A stretch of 30,081 nt of DNA, taken from positions 1 to 30,081 of the IMG/VR virus record IMGVR_UViG_3300045988_041245. The stretch is one strand, 5' to 3'. Made by a program: the position numbers and the translations under genes. Numbering within the stretch: the first letter of the stretch is position 1; each line of letters begins with the position of its first letter. This document shows, one piece after another, positions 23,000-30,081 of this stretch. The notes beneath the pieces are model-generated. The model did not search any database. It saw only the letters and a list, made by a program, of their open reading frames with translations, and was not told the origin of the DNA. The stretch is from a virus.

Positions 23000-25090
23000 T
23001 TAGTCCTCCACTACTTCGTAGTCTTCGTAGCATCGGCAGTTCGGGTGCCCGTTTGGCGTGGTCATGTTTTCGAAGTTGTTGACGTAGGTGTGGTCGTTTA
23101 CTTCGATGCTTGCTCCGGTTGGCAAGTAGGTGTGGTCGAGCCCGATGGTGGTGCCTTCCATATGCTTGCAGAAGTCGCACGTGTTGCCGTCTCCGGTGGT
23201 GCGCCATACCTTTTGCAGTTTGACTCCCAAGGTTTCGCTGAGGTTACGGGCGCTGTACAGACTGCCGAGCCTTTGGGCTTGGACGGTTTCGCATCGTGCG
23301 ATGAGTTCAGCGTGTTCGTTGCCGAACTGGGTTAGTTCGTTGCGTAGTCGGTGTGCGTCCCACTGTTCCGCGTCGGCTCGGGTGAGGAGGTCGAGGGTTT
23401 TCGCGGTGATTGTCTGGGAGGACGTGTTGGCGATTGTTTCCAGGTGGTCTAGGTATGCGGTCTTCACGTTTGATGGGAGGTTGGCCCAGTCGTAGAGTTT
23501 CTGCCAGTCGGTTTGCGTGTAGCCTTGCACTTCGACTGCGATGGGGTTGTTGGGGTGGGTTTCGGCCCATGCGGTGATGACTTGTTCGAGTTTGAGTCCG
23601 GTTTTGCGGGCGTAGTTGGTGAGGTGTTTCATGAGGTCGTTTTCCACGTCGTTGATCCACTGTTGGCCGATGGTTTTGAGGTCGTCGCGGAGTCCGGCCT
23701 GTGAGCGTCGGGTGTGTTGGATGACACGGTTTACGTAGGTGCGGGTGGCGGTTAGGAGGTGTGGTTCGGTTGGTGTGTCGTTGGCTGGTTTGGCGGCTTT
23801 TGTGGTGTTTCTTGCGGATGGGAGGGGTGTTGCGTCGGGGGTGTTCGGGTGGAGGTTGAGTCGTCGGTATGCGTCGGGGAGGTTGAGTGCTTCGACTGCG
23901 CTTTCGACGGTTGCGCCCATGTTGATGAGTTGGATGAGGTTGTTGATGCGGATTTGCTGGGTTTCCGCCTGTACTTTTTCGACTTCGGTCTGTGCGGGGA
24001 GGTCGAGGGTGAAAGTGATGCCGTAGCCGAGGCCTCCGGTGATGCGGTCGAGTTCGAATTGCCATTTGTCCCAGACTGTCATGCAGAGGGGTTTGAGGGT
24101 GTTTTCGATGAATGCGCGTTCGGCCATTTCGGCGTTGGCGTAGGTTTGGCCGTTGTCGATGCCTCGGATGATGTCGGGGACTGCGAGCGCGTTGGCTAGG
24201 CGGTTGTTGACGACATCGTTGACCGTTTGCAGGTCCAGGCTGTCGTTGGAGTTTTGGAATGGGACCCATACGAGTTTGCTGGTTTGGCTTGGCTTGTGGG
24301 TGAGGGGGTCGACGGGGATCATGTTGTAGGCGATGCCGTTGTTGTTGCCGGCTCCGCGGAATGTTTCTTCGAGGCGTGCGCGGTTTCGTTGGAAGTCTTC
24401 GGCGTTTTCGGAGACGATGCCGAGCATGCCGGCGGGTACGGCGTTGTTGCCGAAGAAGCCGCGTTCGTAGTCGGCGATCATGTCGTCGACGTTGGCCCAT
24501 TTTTTGATGGTCATGGCGGGGCTTATTCCGCGGGTGGGGTCGTCGGGGTGACGGCTGTAGCTTAATGTGATGGTTTCGTTGCGGGTGAATTCGTATGGGA
24601 GGGTTCCGTTGCCGAGGTCCATGGTTACGCGGTGGTACCAGTCTGAGCGGGTGTCGTTGTAGACGCGGCTGTTTGACGGTAGGAGGGTGTAGCCGGTGAT
24701 GTTGTCGGGGGTGATGGTGCCGCCGGGTCCCTCGGTGGTCCAGATGAGGATGTCCACGTGTGATTGGGTAAGAATGCCGGAGGCGATGAGTTTGAGGAAT
24801 TCGAGGCAGCTGTATGTGTCGTTGGGGGCGTATAGGGCGCTTAGTGCGGGTGGTGCGGGGTCGAGACGACGGCCGTCCGAAGTGACGGCGTAGGGTATGA
24901 CGGTGCTGAAACGTTGTGCGATGGCGTTCACGTAGGGGAAGACGTTGTCGTACGTGTCGTGCATTGGGATGTTGTTGCCGCCGATTGTCTGCCAGGTGTT
25001 GCCTCCGGCTGGGGTCGGGGTCGTGTGGGGTGCGTCGGCGCGTCCGAAAGCGTTCGTGAAGCCTGAACGTAGGTTGCTTAGAATGGTCAA
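23000..25090 (-). CDS. Portal protein fused to a MuF / SPP1 gp7-like head morphogenesis domain
   Basis: 696 aa with a TTG start. The N-terminal ~420 aa are portal-like. The C-terminus carries the MuF signature (NTCDFCKHMEG...GHPNCRC). Confidence 0.75.
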   Translation of the reverse strand: MTILSNLRSGFTNAFGRADAPHTTPTPAGGNTWQTIGGNNIPMHDTYDNVFPYVNAIAQRFSTVIPYAVTSDGRRLDPAPPALSALYAPNDTYSCLEFLKLIASGILTQSHVDILIWTTEGPGGTITPDNITGYTLLPSNSRVYNDTRSDWYHRVTMDLGNGTLPYEFTRNETITLSYSRHPDDPTRGISPAMTIKKWANVDDMIADYERGFFGNNAVPAGMLGIVSENAEDFQRNRARLEETFRGAGNNNGIAYNMIPVDPLTHKPSQTSKLVWVPFQNSNDSLDLQTVNDVVNNRLANALAVPDIIRGIDNGQTYANAEMAERAFIENTLKPLCMTVWDKWQFELDRITGGLGYGITFTLDLPAQTEVEKVQAETQQIRINNLIQLINMGATVESAVEALNLPDAYRRLNLHPNTPDATPLPSARNTTKAAKPANDTPTEPHLLTATRTYVNRVIQHTRRSQAGLRDDLKTIGQQWINDVENDLMKHLTNYARKTGLKLEQVITAWAETHPNNPIAVEVQGYTQTDWQKLYDWANLPSNVKTAYLDHLETIANTSSQTITAKTLDLLTRADAEQWDAHRLRNELTQFGNEHAELIARCETVQAQRLGSLYSARNLSETLGVKLQKVWRTTGDGNTCDFCKHMEGTTIGLDHTYLPTGASIEVNDHTYVNNFENMTTPNGHPNCRCYEDYEVVED

Positions 25091-25154
25091 TTTGCCTCGT
25101 TTCTAGGTGTGGTGTTCTATCGCACCATTCTACCGGCCGTAGGCTACTGGATGG

Positions 25155-26414
25155 TTAGCAGACCATAACGTCCCATGAGGGGAGTTGTGGTGGTTCGTAG
25201 CATGCGAGGAGTACGCTGTCGGCGAGGTCCGGGCTTCCTAGGTTCATGCTGTCCTTGTAGTCTTGTTTGCTTTCGATTTGCCGTTGGTTGCGGCTAGTGA
25301 TCTGCCATTTGCGGGTGGTGAGCTCGGTGGTGAGTTTGGCTAGGTCGGTGAGTTGTGGGTTGATGCTGAGGTTGGGGAGCATGGTAGCGAAGTCGAACCA
25401 TAGTTCGGATGCGACGTTCGGGTATTGTGGGTCTTTCGGTTTTCCGGCGTAGTTGATGCCGGTGGCTGGCAGTCCCCATGATTTGAGGAGGTCGGTGAGG
25501 CCTCCACCTACGCCTGTGTCGTCGATGCGAATGTCGATTGGGTGTTGTTGGGAGGCGCGGAGCCTGATTCTTTCGGCCGTGTCGACAATGCTTGAGTGCG
25601 TCCATGATTCAAGCGTCTCTATATGGTTGCCTTTTTTGATGGTGAGGGCAGTACGGTCGTTACCGTATCTGGCCACGTCGACACCGAATGTGGTCGGTCC
25701 GTCCAGTGCCGGTCGGCGTATGGCTTCGGCAAGCATGTCGTCGCTGATGAGCTGGTTGTCTGTATCCGCGTATGGCATGCCTAGCCAGACATGCCCGTAG
25801 TCCGGGGCTTGTCGGTCTGCTTCTACCATGGCTAGCACGTCCGGGCTTAGGAGTCTTTTCACGTCTTCGAAAGTGGTGTGCCAATGGCATGTCTGTTTGT
25901 GGCGTTCGATCGAGTCCGAGGTGACGAAGTAGGTCCATACCGCGTCATGGCTGGTGAGCGGGTTCCAGGTGAAGATCAGCGTGGAGTTGGTCTTGCGGAT
26001 GGTTGGGATGAGCGTGGTCAGGCTTGCGTGGCTGATTGTTTGTGCTTCTTCGACCCAGCAAACGTCTACGCCCTCGATGCTTTTGATGGATTGGAGGTTG
26101 TTGTGCAATCCGCGGAAGATGAAAGTGCTGCCGTTGATGTGGCTGATGCCGTCGCGAGTGGTTTCGAAGCCTTGCAGGCCGAATTTACGGATGGTGCCGA
26201 CGAGGAGCTTATGCACGGAGTCGGAAATAGAGTTTTGGAATTCGCGGGCGCAGAGGACGGTGATGGGCTGGCTGGCGGCACGGAGTATGAGGCTTTGTGC
26301 GACGGCGGTGCTTTTGCCGGAGGCTCGGCCGCCGGAATAACAGTAATAGCGATATGGTGGCGTCTCCGTGTGGAGCCACCACCATAAGTCGCGGTATGGT
26401 CTTGCTATCTGCAT
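25155..26414 (-). CDS. terL: Terminase large subunit
   Basis: Walker A GGRASGKS, C-terminal nuclease-sized domain. Sits upstream of the portal gene. Confidence 0.85.
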   Translation of the reverse strand: MQIARPYRDLWWWLHTETPPYRYYCYSGGRASGKSTAVAQSLILRAASQPITVLCAREFQNSISDSVHKLLVGTIRKFGLQGFETTRDGISHINGSTFIFRGLHNNLQSIKSIEGVDVCWVEEAQTISHASLTTLIPTIRKTNSTLIFTWNPLTSHDAVWTYFVTSDSIERHKQTCHWHTTFEDVKRLLSPDVLAMVEADRQAPDYGHVWLGMPYADTDNQLISDDMLAEAIRRPALDGPTTFGVDVARYGNDRTALTIKKGNHIETLESWTHSSIVDTAERIRLRASQQHPIDIRIDDTGVGGGLTDLLKSWGLPATGINYAGKPKDPQYPNVASELWFDFATMLPNLSINPQLTDLAKLTTELTTRKWQITSRNQRQIESKQDYKDSMNLGSPDLADSVLLACYEPPQLPSWDVMVC

Positions 26415-26433
26415 GGGTCCAGTCTATGTGTTT

Positions 26434-26823
26434 TTACTGGCTGTCCTTGTTGTTTCCGGGGTTGTCGTCGAAGACTTCGAGCGTGATGTGTGGTGGTTCG
26501 TAACCGGTGACGCTCACGTCCGTGGATTGACGGGCCTTGCCGTCGAGCCGGTCGATGTAATCGGCCGCGACTCTCGGATCCTTGGATGCGTTAAGGATGT
26601 GTCTGATGGCGATTTTCTGGACCATGGTGAGACTTGGGTCTTTGATCCTTTCGTTGAATTCTTCGGCGGTGAGTTTGCTGAATTCGCGGATCCACCGGGT
26701 TGGGCTGGTGTCTTTGGTCCATGAGCCTCGATCCTGGGGGCGGTCTTGGAAGCCGCCTTTGCCTGTTGGGTTGCATGCTCCGCTGACGATTCTGCCGCGG
26801 CTGTCTCTCACTACTTCTGTCAT
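26434..26823 (-). CDS. terS: Terminase small subunit candidate (129 aa)
   Basis: Directly upstream of terL. I trimmed the start to the ATG at 26823, because the upstream part of track ORF 26434..27042 overlaps a terminator and another gene. Confidence 0.55.
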   Translation of the reverse strand: MTEVVRDSRGRIVSGACNPTGKGGFQDRPQDRGSWTKDTSPTRWIREFSKLTAEEFNERIKDPSLTMVQKIAIRHILNASKDPRVAADYIDRLDGKARQSTDVSVTGYEPPHITLEVFDDNPGNNKDSQ

Positions 26824-26830
26824 ACTTCCA

Positions 26831-26836
26831 ATTATA
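26831..26836 (-). promoter_or_regulatory. TATAAT hexamer exactly 7 nt upstream of the terS ATG; late promoter candidate
   Basis: Minus strand reads CAGATATAAT-TGGAAGT-ATG, immediately after the terminator at 26849..26877. Confidence 0.4.
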
Positions 26837-26848
26837 TCTGGATATGGA

Positions 26849-26877
26849 AACGCCCCTCCGGGTTTGGGGGGGGCGTT
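26849..26877 (-). terminator. Terminator hairpin containing a G8/C8 homopolymer
   Basis: AACGCCCC / GGGGCGTT stem. G-run at 26866-26873. Separates the early-right operon from terS. Confidence 0.5.
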
Positions 26878-26882
26878 GCTTG

Positions 26883-27020
26883 TTAGGAGAGTAGGAAGAT
26901 GATCAAGAGCTTCATGAGGGCGACGGTGCTTGTTATGCCGAGGATTGTCACGGCCGTAAGGAGGAGGTAGGCGGCGATGGTGCCTAGCTTGTAGCTGATC
27001 GGATGCTTTTTGGGATTCAT
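26883..27020 (-). CDS. Small single-pass membrane protein (45 aa; not on the ORF track)
   Basis: ATG 27020 preceded by AGGAAAGGAAC. My own translation: MNPKKHPISYKLGTIAAYLLLTAVTILGITSTVALMKLLIIFLLS. Confidence 0.5.
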   Translation of the reverse strand: MNPKKHPISYKLGTIAAYLLLTAVTILGITSTVALMKLLIIFLLS

Positions 27021-27035
27021 TGTGTTCCTTTCCTG

Positions 27036-27488
27036 TCACCATTCGTTGTTATAGAACTGTGCGTACGGGTCTGGCTGGTTGGTGTTGCCCCAGTTTGCGG
27101 CCTGTTGCTGGGGTGTCGGCTGTTGTGGCGTGGACTGCTGGGCCTTGGCTTTCTTCAGGACTAGGCTGATGGTTGCGTGTTCGATGATGAAGTCGGTGCG
27201 GGGCTGGTTGTTTCGGTCGGTGCCGGTCTGCCATTTCAGGTCGCCTTCGACGCGTACCGGCGTGCCCTTGTGGAGGGTTTGAATGTAGGTGTCGGCGAGA
27301 CGCTGATCGTATTCGAAGATCGTTGCGAACATGGTGTCGTGGTCTACCCACTGTCCGGTCTGCTTATCCTTGTGGCTTCCGTTGGCGGCTACTCGGAGGA
27401 GGAGGTATGTGGTGCCGTTCTTGGTCTGCTTGGGTTCCGGTTCGGCGACCAGGCGGGCGGAGGGGAGAATGATGTGCGGATCGTTCAT
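27036..27488 (-). CDS. ssb: Single-stranded DNA-binding protein
   Basis: OB-fold pattern (LVAEPEPKQTKNGTTYLLLRVAAN...FATIFEYDQRLADT...GTPVRVEGDLKWQ) with a Gln/Pro-rich tail. ATG 27488 preceded by AAGGAAAGGAC. Confidence 0.8.
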   Translation of the reverse strand: MNDPHIILPSARLVAEPEPKQTKNGTTYLLLRVAANGSHKDKQTGQWVDHDTMFATIFEYDQRLADTYIQTLHKGTPVRVEGDLKWQTGTDRNNQPRTDFIIEHATISLVLKKAKAQQSTPQQPTPQQQAANWGNTNQPDPYAQFYNNEW

Positions 27489-27511
27489 TGGTGTGTGTCC
27501 TTTCCTTTTGG

Positions 27512-28318
27512 TCAGTGGATGGTATTTTTGAGGGCGTTTGTCAGGGTGGCTTCTCCTAGACGCTTGTGGAGGAGGGCTAAGCCCTTGCGGGTGATGCGCA
27601 CGGCCGGGGGGAAAGCGAATTTCGTGCCGTCTGCTTTGGTGCCGTGCTTTTGGGACATGACCATTACGAGATGTCCGGCCATGCAGTGGCGGGCGGTGGC
27701 GTGCCATGAGCCATTGTGCTTGTAAATCCAGCCGTTGGCTGCCATCCATTCGCGTAGCTGCTTTTCGCTGATGGGAGTGCCTGAGTTAGAGAGGACCTTG
27801 GAGGCGTCGCGGACGAGTAGTCGGTCTTCCACGTCGGTGAAAGTGTCAAGGGCTTGAGCTTTTGGCTCAAGTTCCTTGATTTGCGCGTCTTTGGCCTGGA
27901 GCTGCTGGTTCTTGAGGTCGATGGTCTTCTGCACGATGAGTACGGCCTTCGCGAGAATGTTCTCGTACGAGTCCGTTTCGGCTGTCGGAATGTAGCCGCC
28001 TGTCTTACGGATAGTCGGGAGCACTTCGCGGGTTACCCACCTTTTGAATTTCTTTGCGGTCGGCAGCTTGGATGAGAGTACTAGCGAATAGAGGCCGGAT
28101 TCGTTGACTAGCCAACCTCCTCGTTGTCCCAGACTCGATAACGATCCGTTATTGAGTTTGTCTTCCGGGTCGACATGGTCGCTGATTGCTTTGCTGGCGT
28201 TTGTATAGTGAAGTACGTCGCAGATGTCCTTGGCGACGAACCAAGGTTCGCCAGTTTCGTCGGTCAGGATGCGCAGTGGCGAGTCGTTGAAGTTGAAGAC
28301 CTGGATTTCAGTATTCAT
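27512..28318 (-). CDS. Antirepressor-type protein (Bro-N domain + KilAC/ANT-like C-terminal domain)
   Basis: FNFNDSPLRILTDETGEPWFVAKDICDVLHYTNASKAI...GLYSLVLSSKLPTAKKFKRWVTREVLPTIRKTG matches Bro-N. Confidence 0.8.
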   Translation of the reverse strand: MNTEIQVFNFNDSPLRILTDETGEPWFVAKDICDVLHYTNASKAISDHVDPEDKLNNGSLSSLGQRGGWLVNESGLYSLVLSSKLPTAKKFKRWVTREVLPTIRKTGGYIPTAETDSYENILAKAVLIVQKTIDLKNQQLQAKDAQIKELEPKAQALDTFTDVEDRLLVRDASKVLSNSGTPISEKQLREWMAANGWIYKHNGSWHATARHCMAGHLVMVMSQKHGTKADGTKFAFPPAVRITRKGLALLHKRLGEATLTNALKNTIH

Positions 28319-28428
28319 GGGAATGTCTTTCTTTTGTTGTGATTATGTAGGTTGTTTTGTTTATTGTGGTGCTAGTTAAAGGGGCGCCTGGATCGGGTAT
28401 CCCTTTAAAACAGCTGGATGGTCATTGG

Positions 28429-28608
28429 TTATTTGTCGGACGTGCACCCCTTCTCGTCGGGGATGACGTTCGGGTCGAGGAAGTAGCATCGGCCGACCTT
28501 GACTGCGTGGAGTCGTCCTTCGCGGATGAAGCGGCGGACGGTCTGGATGTTGAGCTTCCAGCGGGTGGCGTATTCGGGGACTGTTACGGTGTAATTTTTA
28601 GCGTTCAT
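28429..28608 (-). CDS. Excisionase-family / MerR-like HTH DNA-binding protein (59 aa)
   Basis: YTVTVPEYATRWKLNIQTVRRFIREGRLHAVKVGRCYFL. I prefer the ATG at 28608, which has no SD and a -10 hexamer 7 nt upstream. Confidence 0.65.
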   Translation of the reverse strand: MNAKNYTVTVPEYATRWKLNIQTVRRFIREGRLHAVKVGRCYFLDPNVIPDEKGCTSDK

Positions 28609-28615
28609 ACGCTTT

Positions 28616-28627
28616 ATTATATAACAG
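28616..28627 (-). promoter_or_regulatory. Promoter candidate CTGTTATATAAT on the minus strand, 7 nt before the ATG at 28608 (leaderless geometry)
   Basis: Read directly. Divergent from the + strand promoter at 28698. Confidence 0.45.
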
Positions 28628-28676
28628 TGTGTATTGAGTGGCAACTCGTGTCACGCTCGTTCGTAAGTCGGATTAT

Positions 28677-28716
28677 CGGCGTGTCGTGCGATTGGTATGA
28701 TATAGTTTAGATATCA
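28677..28716 (+). promoter_or_regulatory. CGGCGTGTCG motif + extended -10 TGATATAGT inside the perfect palindrome TGATAT-N7-ATATCA
   Basis: Motif at 28677-28686. Palindrome at 28698-28703/28711-28716. Upstream of the ATG at 28764. Confidence 0.55.
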
Positions 28717-28763
28717 CACAACGTTGGATCACATAATCCACATGAACAGAAAGGACAACGGAA

Positions 28764-28985
28764 ATGTGTGAACACAACAACAACAACAACAACAACGAGA
28801 ACGTCCAGCCGCAGGCCGCACCGCAGCCGATCATCATCAACAACGTAATGGGACAGTCGGACGACAGCAGCAAGAAGAAAGCCCCCGGCTTCATCAAGGT
28901 GTGCGTATACTCCATCTTCACCGGCGGCATCTACTTCTTCTACTGGCTTGTCAAGATGCTGAGCGGAGGATACCGCACCAAGTAA
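28764..28985 (+). CDS. Small membrane protein with an N-terminal Asn7 tract (73 aa)
   Basis: RBS GAAAGGAC. C-terminal hydrophobic segment FIKVCVYSIFTGGIYFFYWLV. Followed by a strong terminator. Confidence 0.6.
   Translation: MCEHNNNNNNNENVQPQAAPQPIIINNVMGQSDDSSKKKAPGFIKVCVYSIFTGGIYFFYWLVKMLSGGYRTK
28776..28796 (+). repeat. (AAC)7 trinucleotide microsatellite, in frame
   Basis: Read directly. Encodes N7. Confidence 0.95.
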
Positions 28986-29002
28986 CCTTCAGGCAGATAA
29001 GA

Positions 29003-29052
29003 TAATCCCCGTCCCTGGTCTTTCGACCGGAGGCGGGGATTATTATTATTAT
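29003..29052 (+). terminator. Rho-independent terminator
   Basis: AATCCCCG(T)C ... G(G)CGGGGATT stem followed by ATTATTATTATT. Confidence 0.7.
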
Positions 29053-29130
29053 TCAAGGAAAAGCAGCCAGGGAGGGAAACCAATAAAAACGCCCCGACGC
29101 TCATAATCCTACCACAAAAGGAGGCACTGA

Positions 29131-29541
29131 ATGGAAGTCATGCTGGATAACGGAGCGTACATGCCGTCCCGAGGCTACAGGACCGACGCGGGATTTGATC
29201 TGCGTACGCCAAAGGCTGTGACGGTGCCGGCGTACGGGAGCGCGATAGTCGATACGGGCGTGCACGTGGCATTGCCGTGTGGATGCGCCGGACTGCTCGT
29301 CAGCAAGAGCGGACTCAACGTCAAGCACGACATCACGAGCACCGGGCTCATCGACGAAGAATACACGGGCAGCATCGTGGTCAAGCTCTACAACAATGGA
29401 GGAGGGGATCATGTTTTCGAAGCCGGTGACAGGATCACGCAGCTGGTCGTGATCCCGGTGATCCGCGAGTCCTTGGAGCAGGTCTCCTCCTTCCACCCGA
29501 CGGAGCGTGGCGACAACGGCTTCGGAAGCACCGGGAGGTAA
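29131..29541 (+). CDS. dut: dUTP diphosphatase (trimeric dUTPase)
   Basis: AGFDLR, SKSGL, GLIDEEYTGSI, RITQLV and GFGSTG are the canonical dUTPase motifs. Strong SD AAAGGAGG. Confidence 0.9.
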   Translation: MEVMLDNGAYMPSRGYRTDAGFDLRTPKAVTVPAYGSAIVDTGVHVALPCGCAGLLVSKSGLNVKHDITSTGLIDEEYTGSIVVKLYNNGGGDHVFEAGDRITQLVVIPVIRESLEQVSSFHPTERGDNGFGSTGR

Positions 29542-29544
29542 TCC

Positions 29545-29880
29545 ATGTGGAGCGGACGGAGCAAATACCACGCAAAGCGTACTACCGTTGACGGCATTAC
29601 CTTCGACTCGAAGCGCGAAGCCGACCGGTATCTCGTCCTGAAGAGCATGGAAGAGGACGGAGCCATCGAGAATCTTCGACGGCAGGTGCGCTATGAGCTC
29701 GTACCGGCCTTCGACGTGGACGGCAGGCATTACCGGCCGGTCTATTATGTGGCTGATTTTGTATACCGCGAGAATGGCCATGAGGTCATCGAGGACGTGA
29801 AAGGCATGAGAACGGACGTGTATAGGCTCAAGAGCAAGCTCGTCGCGTACCGGTATGGGATGAACATCAGGGAGACGTGA
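29545..29880 (+). CDS. DUF1064-family PD-(D/E)XK nuclease-like protein
   Basis: SKYHAKRTTVDGITFDSKREADRY...YVADFVY...IEDVKG...YRLKSKL matches the DUF1064 pattern. Confidence 0.7.
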   Translation: MWSGRSKYHAKRTTVDGITFDSKREADRYLVLKSMEEDGAIENLRRQVRYELVPAFDVDGRHYRPVYYVADFVYRENGHEVIEDVKGMRTDVYRLKSKLVAYRYGMNIRET

Positions 29881-29899
29881 CGGCTTAGGAGAGGGCATG

Positions 29900-29952
29900 G
29901 CCCCGGTCAGTCTTGGAGGAGGATCCTTCGGGCTGACCGGGGCTTTATTTTT
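29900..29952 (+). terminator. Rho-independent terminator
   Basis: GCCCCGGTCAG-N22-CTGACCGGGGC followed by TTTATTTTT. Confidence 0.8.
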
Positions 29953-30004
29953 AGCCATTCTCGACGAGTGAGCGGTAACCGCACAGTCGGGAGACCTAGC
30001 CTCG

Positions 30005-30081
30005 TTGTCGTAGTACCCTACCTTGATTGTCGTAGTACCCTACCTTGATTGTCGTAGTACCCTACCTTGATTGTCGTAGTA
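30005..30081. repeat. 22-bp tandem repeat, 3.5 copies; identical to 1..77
   Basis: Read directly. Confidence 0.95.

Noticed and set aside
26866-26873. G8 homopolymer as a phase-variation switch
   Set aside because: It lies in an intergenic terminator stem/loop rather than in a coding region or promoter spacer. Length changes would at most modulate termination.
29101-29958. 285-aa minus-strand ORF
   Set aside because: It lies exactly antisense to the well-supported dUTPase and DUF1064 genes. It has no RBS and its sequence is low-complexity and Arg/Pro/His-rich. It is a typical shadow ORF in GC-rich DNA.

Overview
The window is a complete, compact tailed-phage genome. Its two ends are the same 77 nt (1..77 = 30005..30081), so the unique circle or concatemer unit is about 30,004 bp.

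Layout:
- (i) 1..144: two adjacent tandem-repeat arrays, one with a 22-bp unit and one with a 12-13-bp unit.
- (ii) 145..1150: about 1 kb with no credible ORF, dense in hairpins, carrying minus-strand intrinsic-terminator-like structures.
- (iii) 1196..9642, + strand: early, replication and recombination genes. These include a DnaD-like replisome organizer, a DnaC-like loader, DUF3310, Erf, a YqaJ-type exonuclease, a glutaredoxin-like protein, wHTH and XRE regulators, and many small ORFs. The arm is split into several transcription units by a reiterated promoter/operator-like module.
- (iv) 9719..11039, - strand: lysis cassette, with one opposite-strand membrane/coiled-coil gene at 11081..11428.
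- (v) 11481..26823, - strand: siphovirus-type late operon. In transcription order it runs terS, terL, portal-MuF fusion, Com-like zinc ribbon, protease-scaffold-capsid fusion, collagen-like protein, connectors, major tail protein, chaperones, tape measure, Dit, Tal and fibres.
- (vi) 26883..28608, - strand: short early-right operon (excisionase-type HTH, Bro/KilAC antirepressor, SSB, small membrane protein).
- (vii) 28764..29880, + strand: small poly-Asn membrane protein, dUTPase and a DUF1064 nuclease.

I found no integrase, CI-like repressor, partition gene, tRNA, CRISPR array or reverse transcriptase.

The host is probably a high-GC Gram-positive (actinobacterial) organism, at low confidence. 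This rests on the endolysin architecture, the fusion proteins and the leaderless-type starts.

Most worth following up:
- the 1-kb ORF-free structured region next to the iteron-like arrays;
- the reiterated TGATAT-N7-ATATCA / CGGCGTGTCG regulatory modules;
- a strand-composition switch that ignores gene orientation.

All product calls come from motif recognition by eye. No database search was run.
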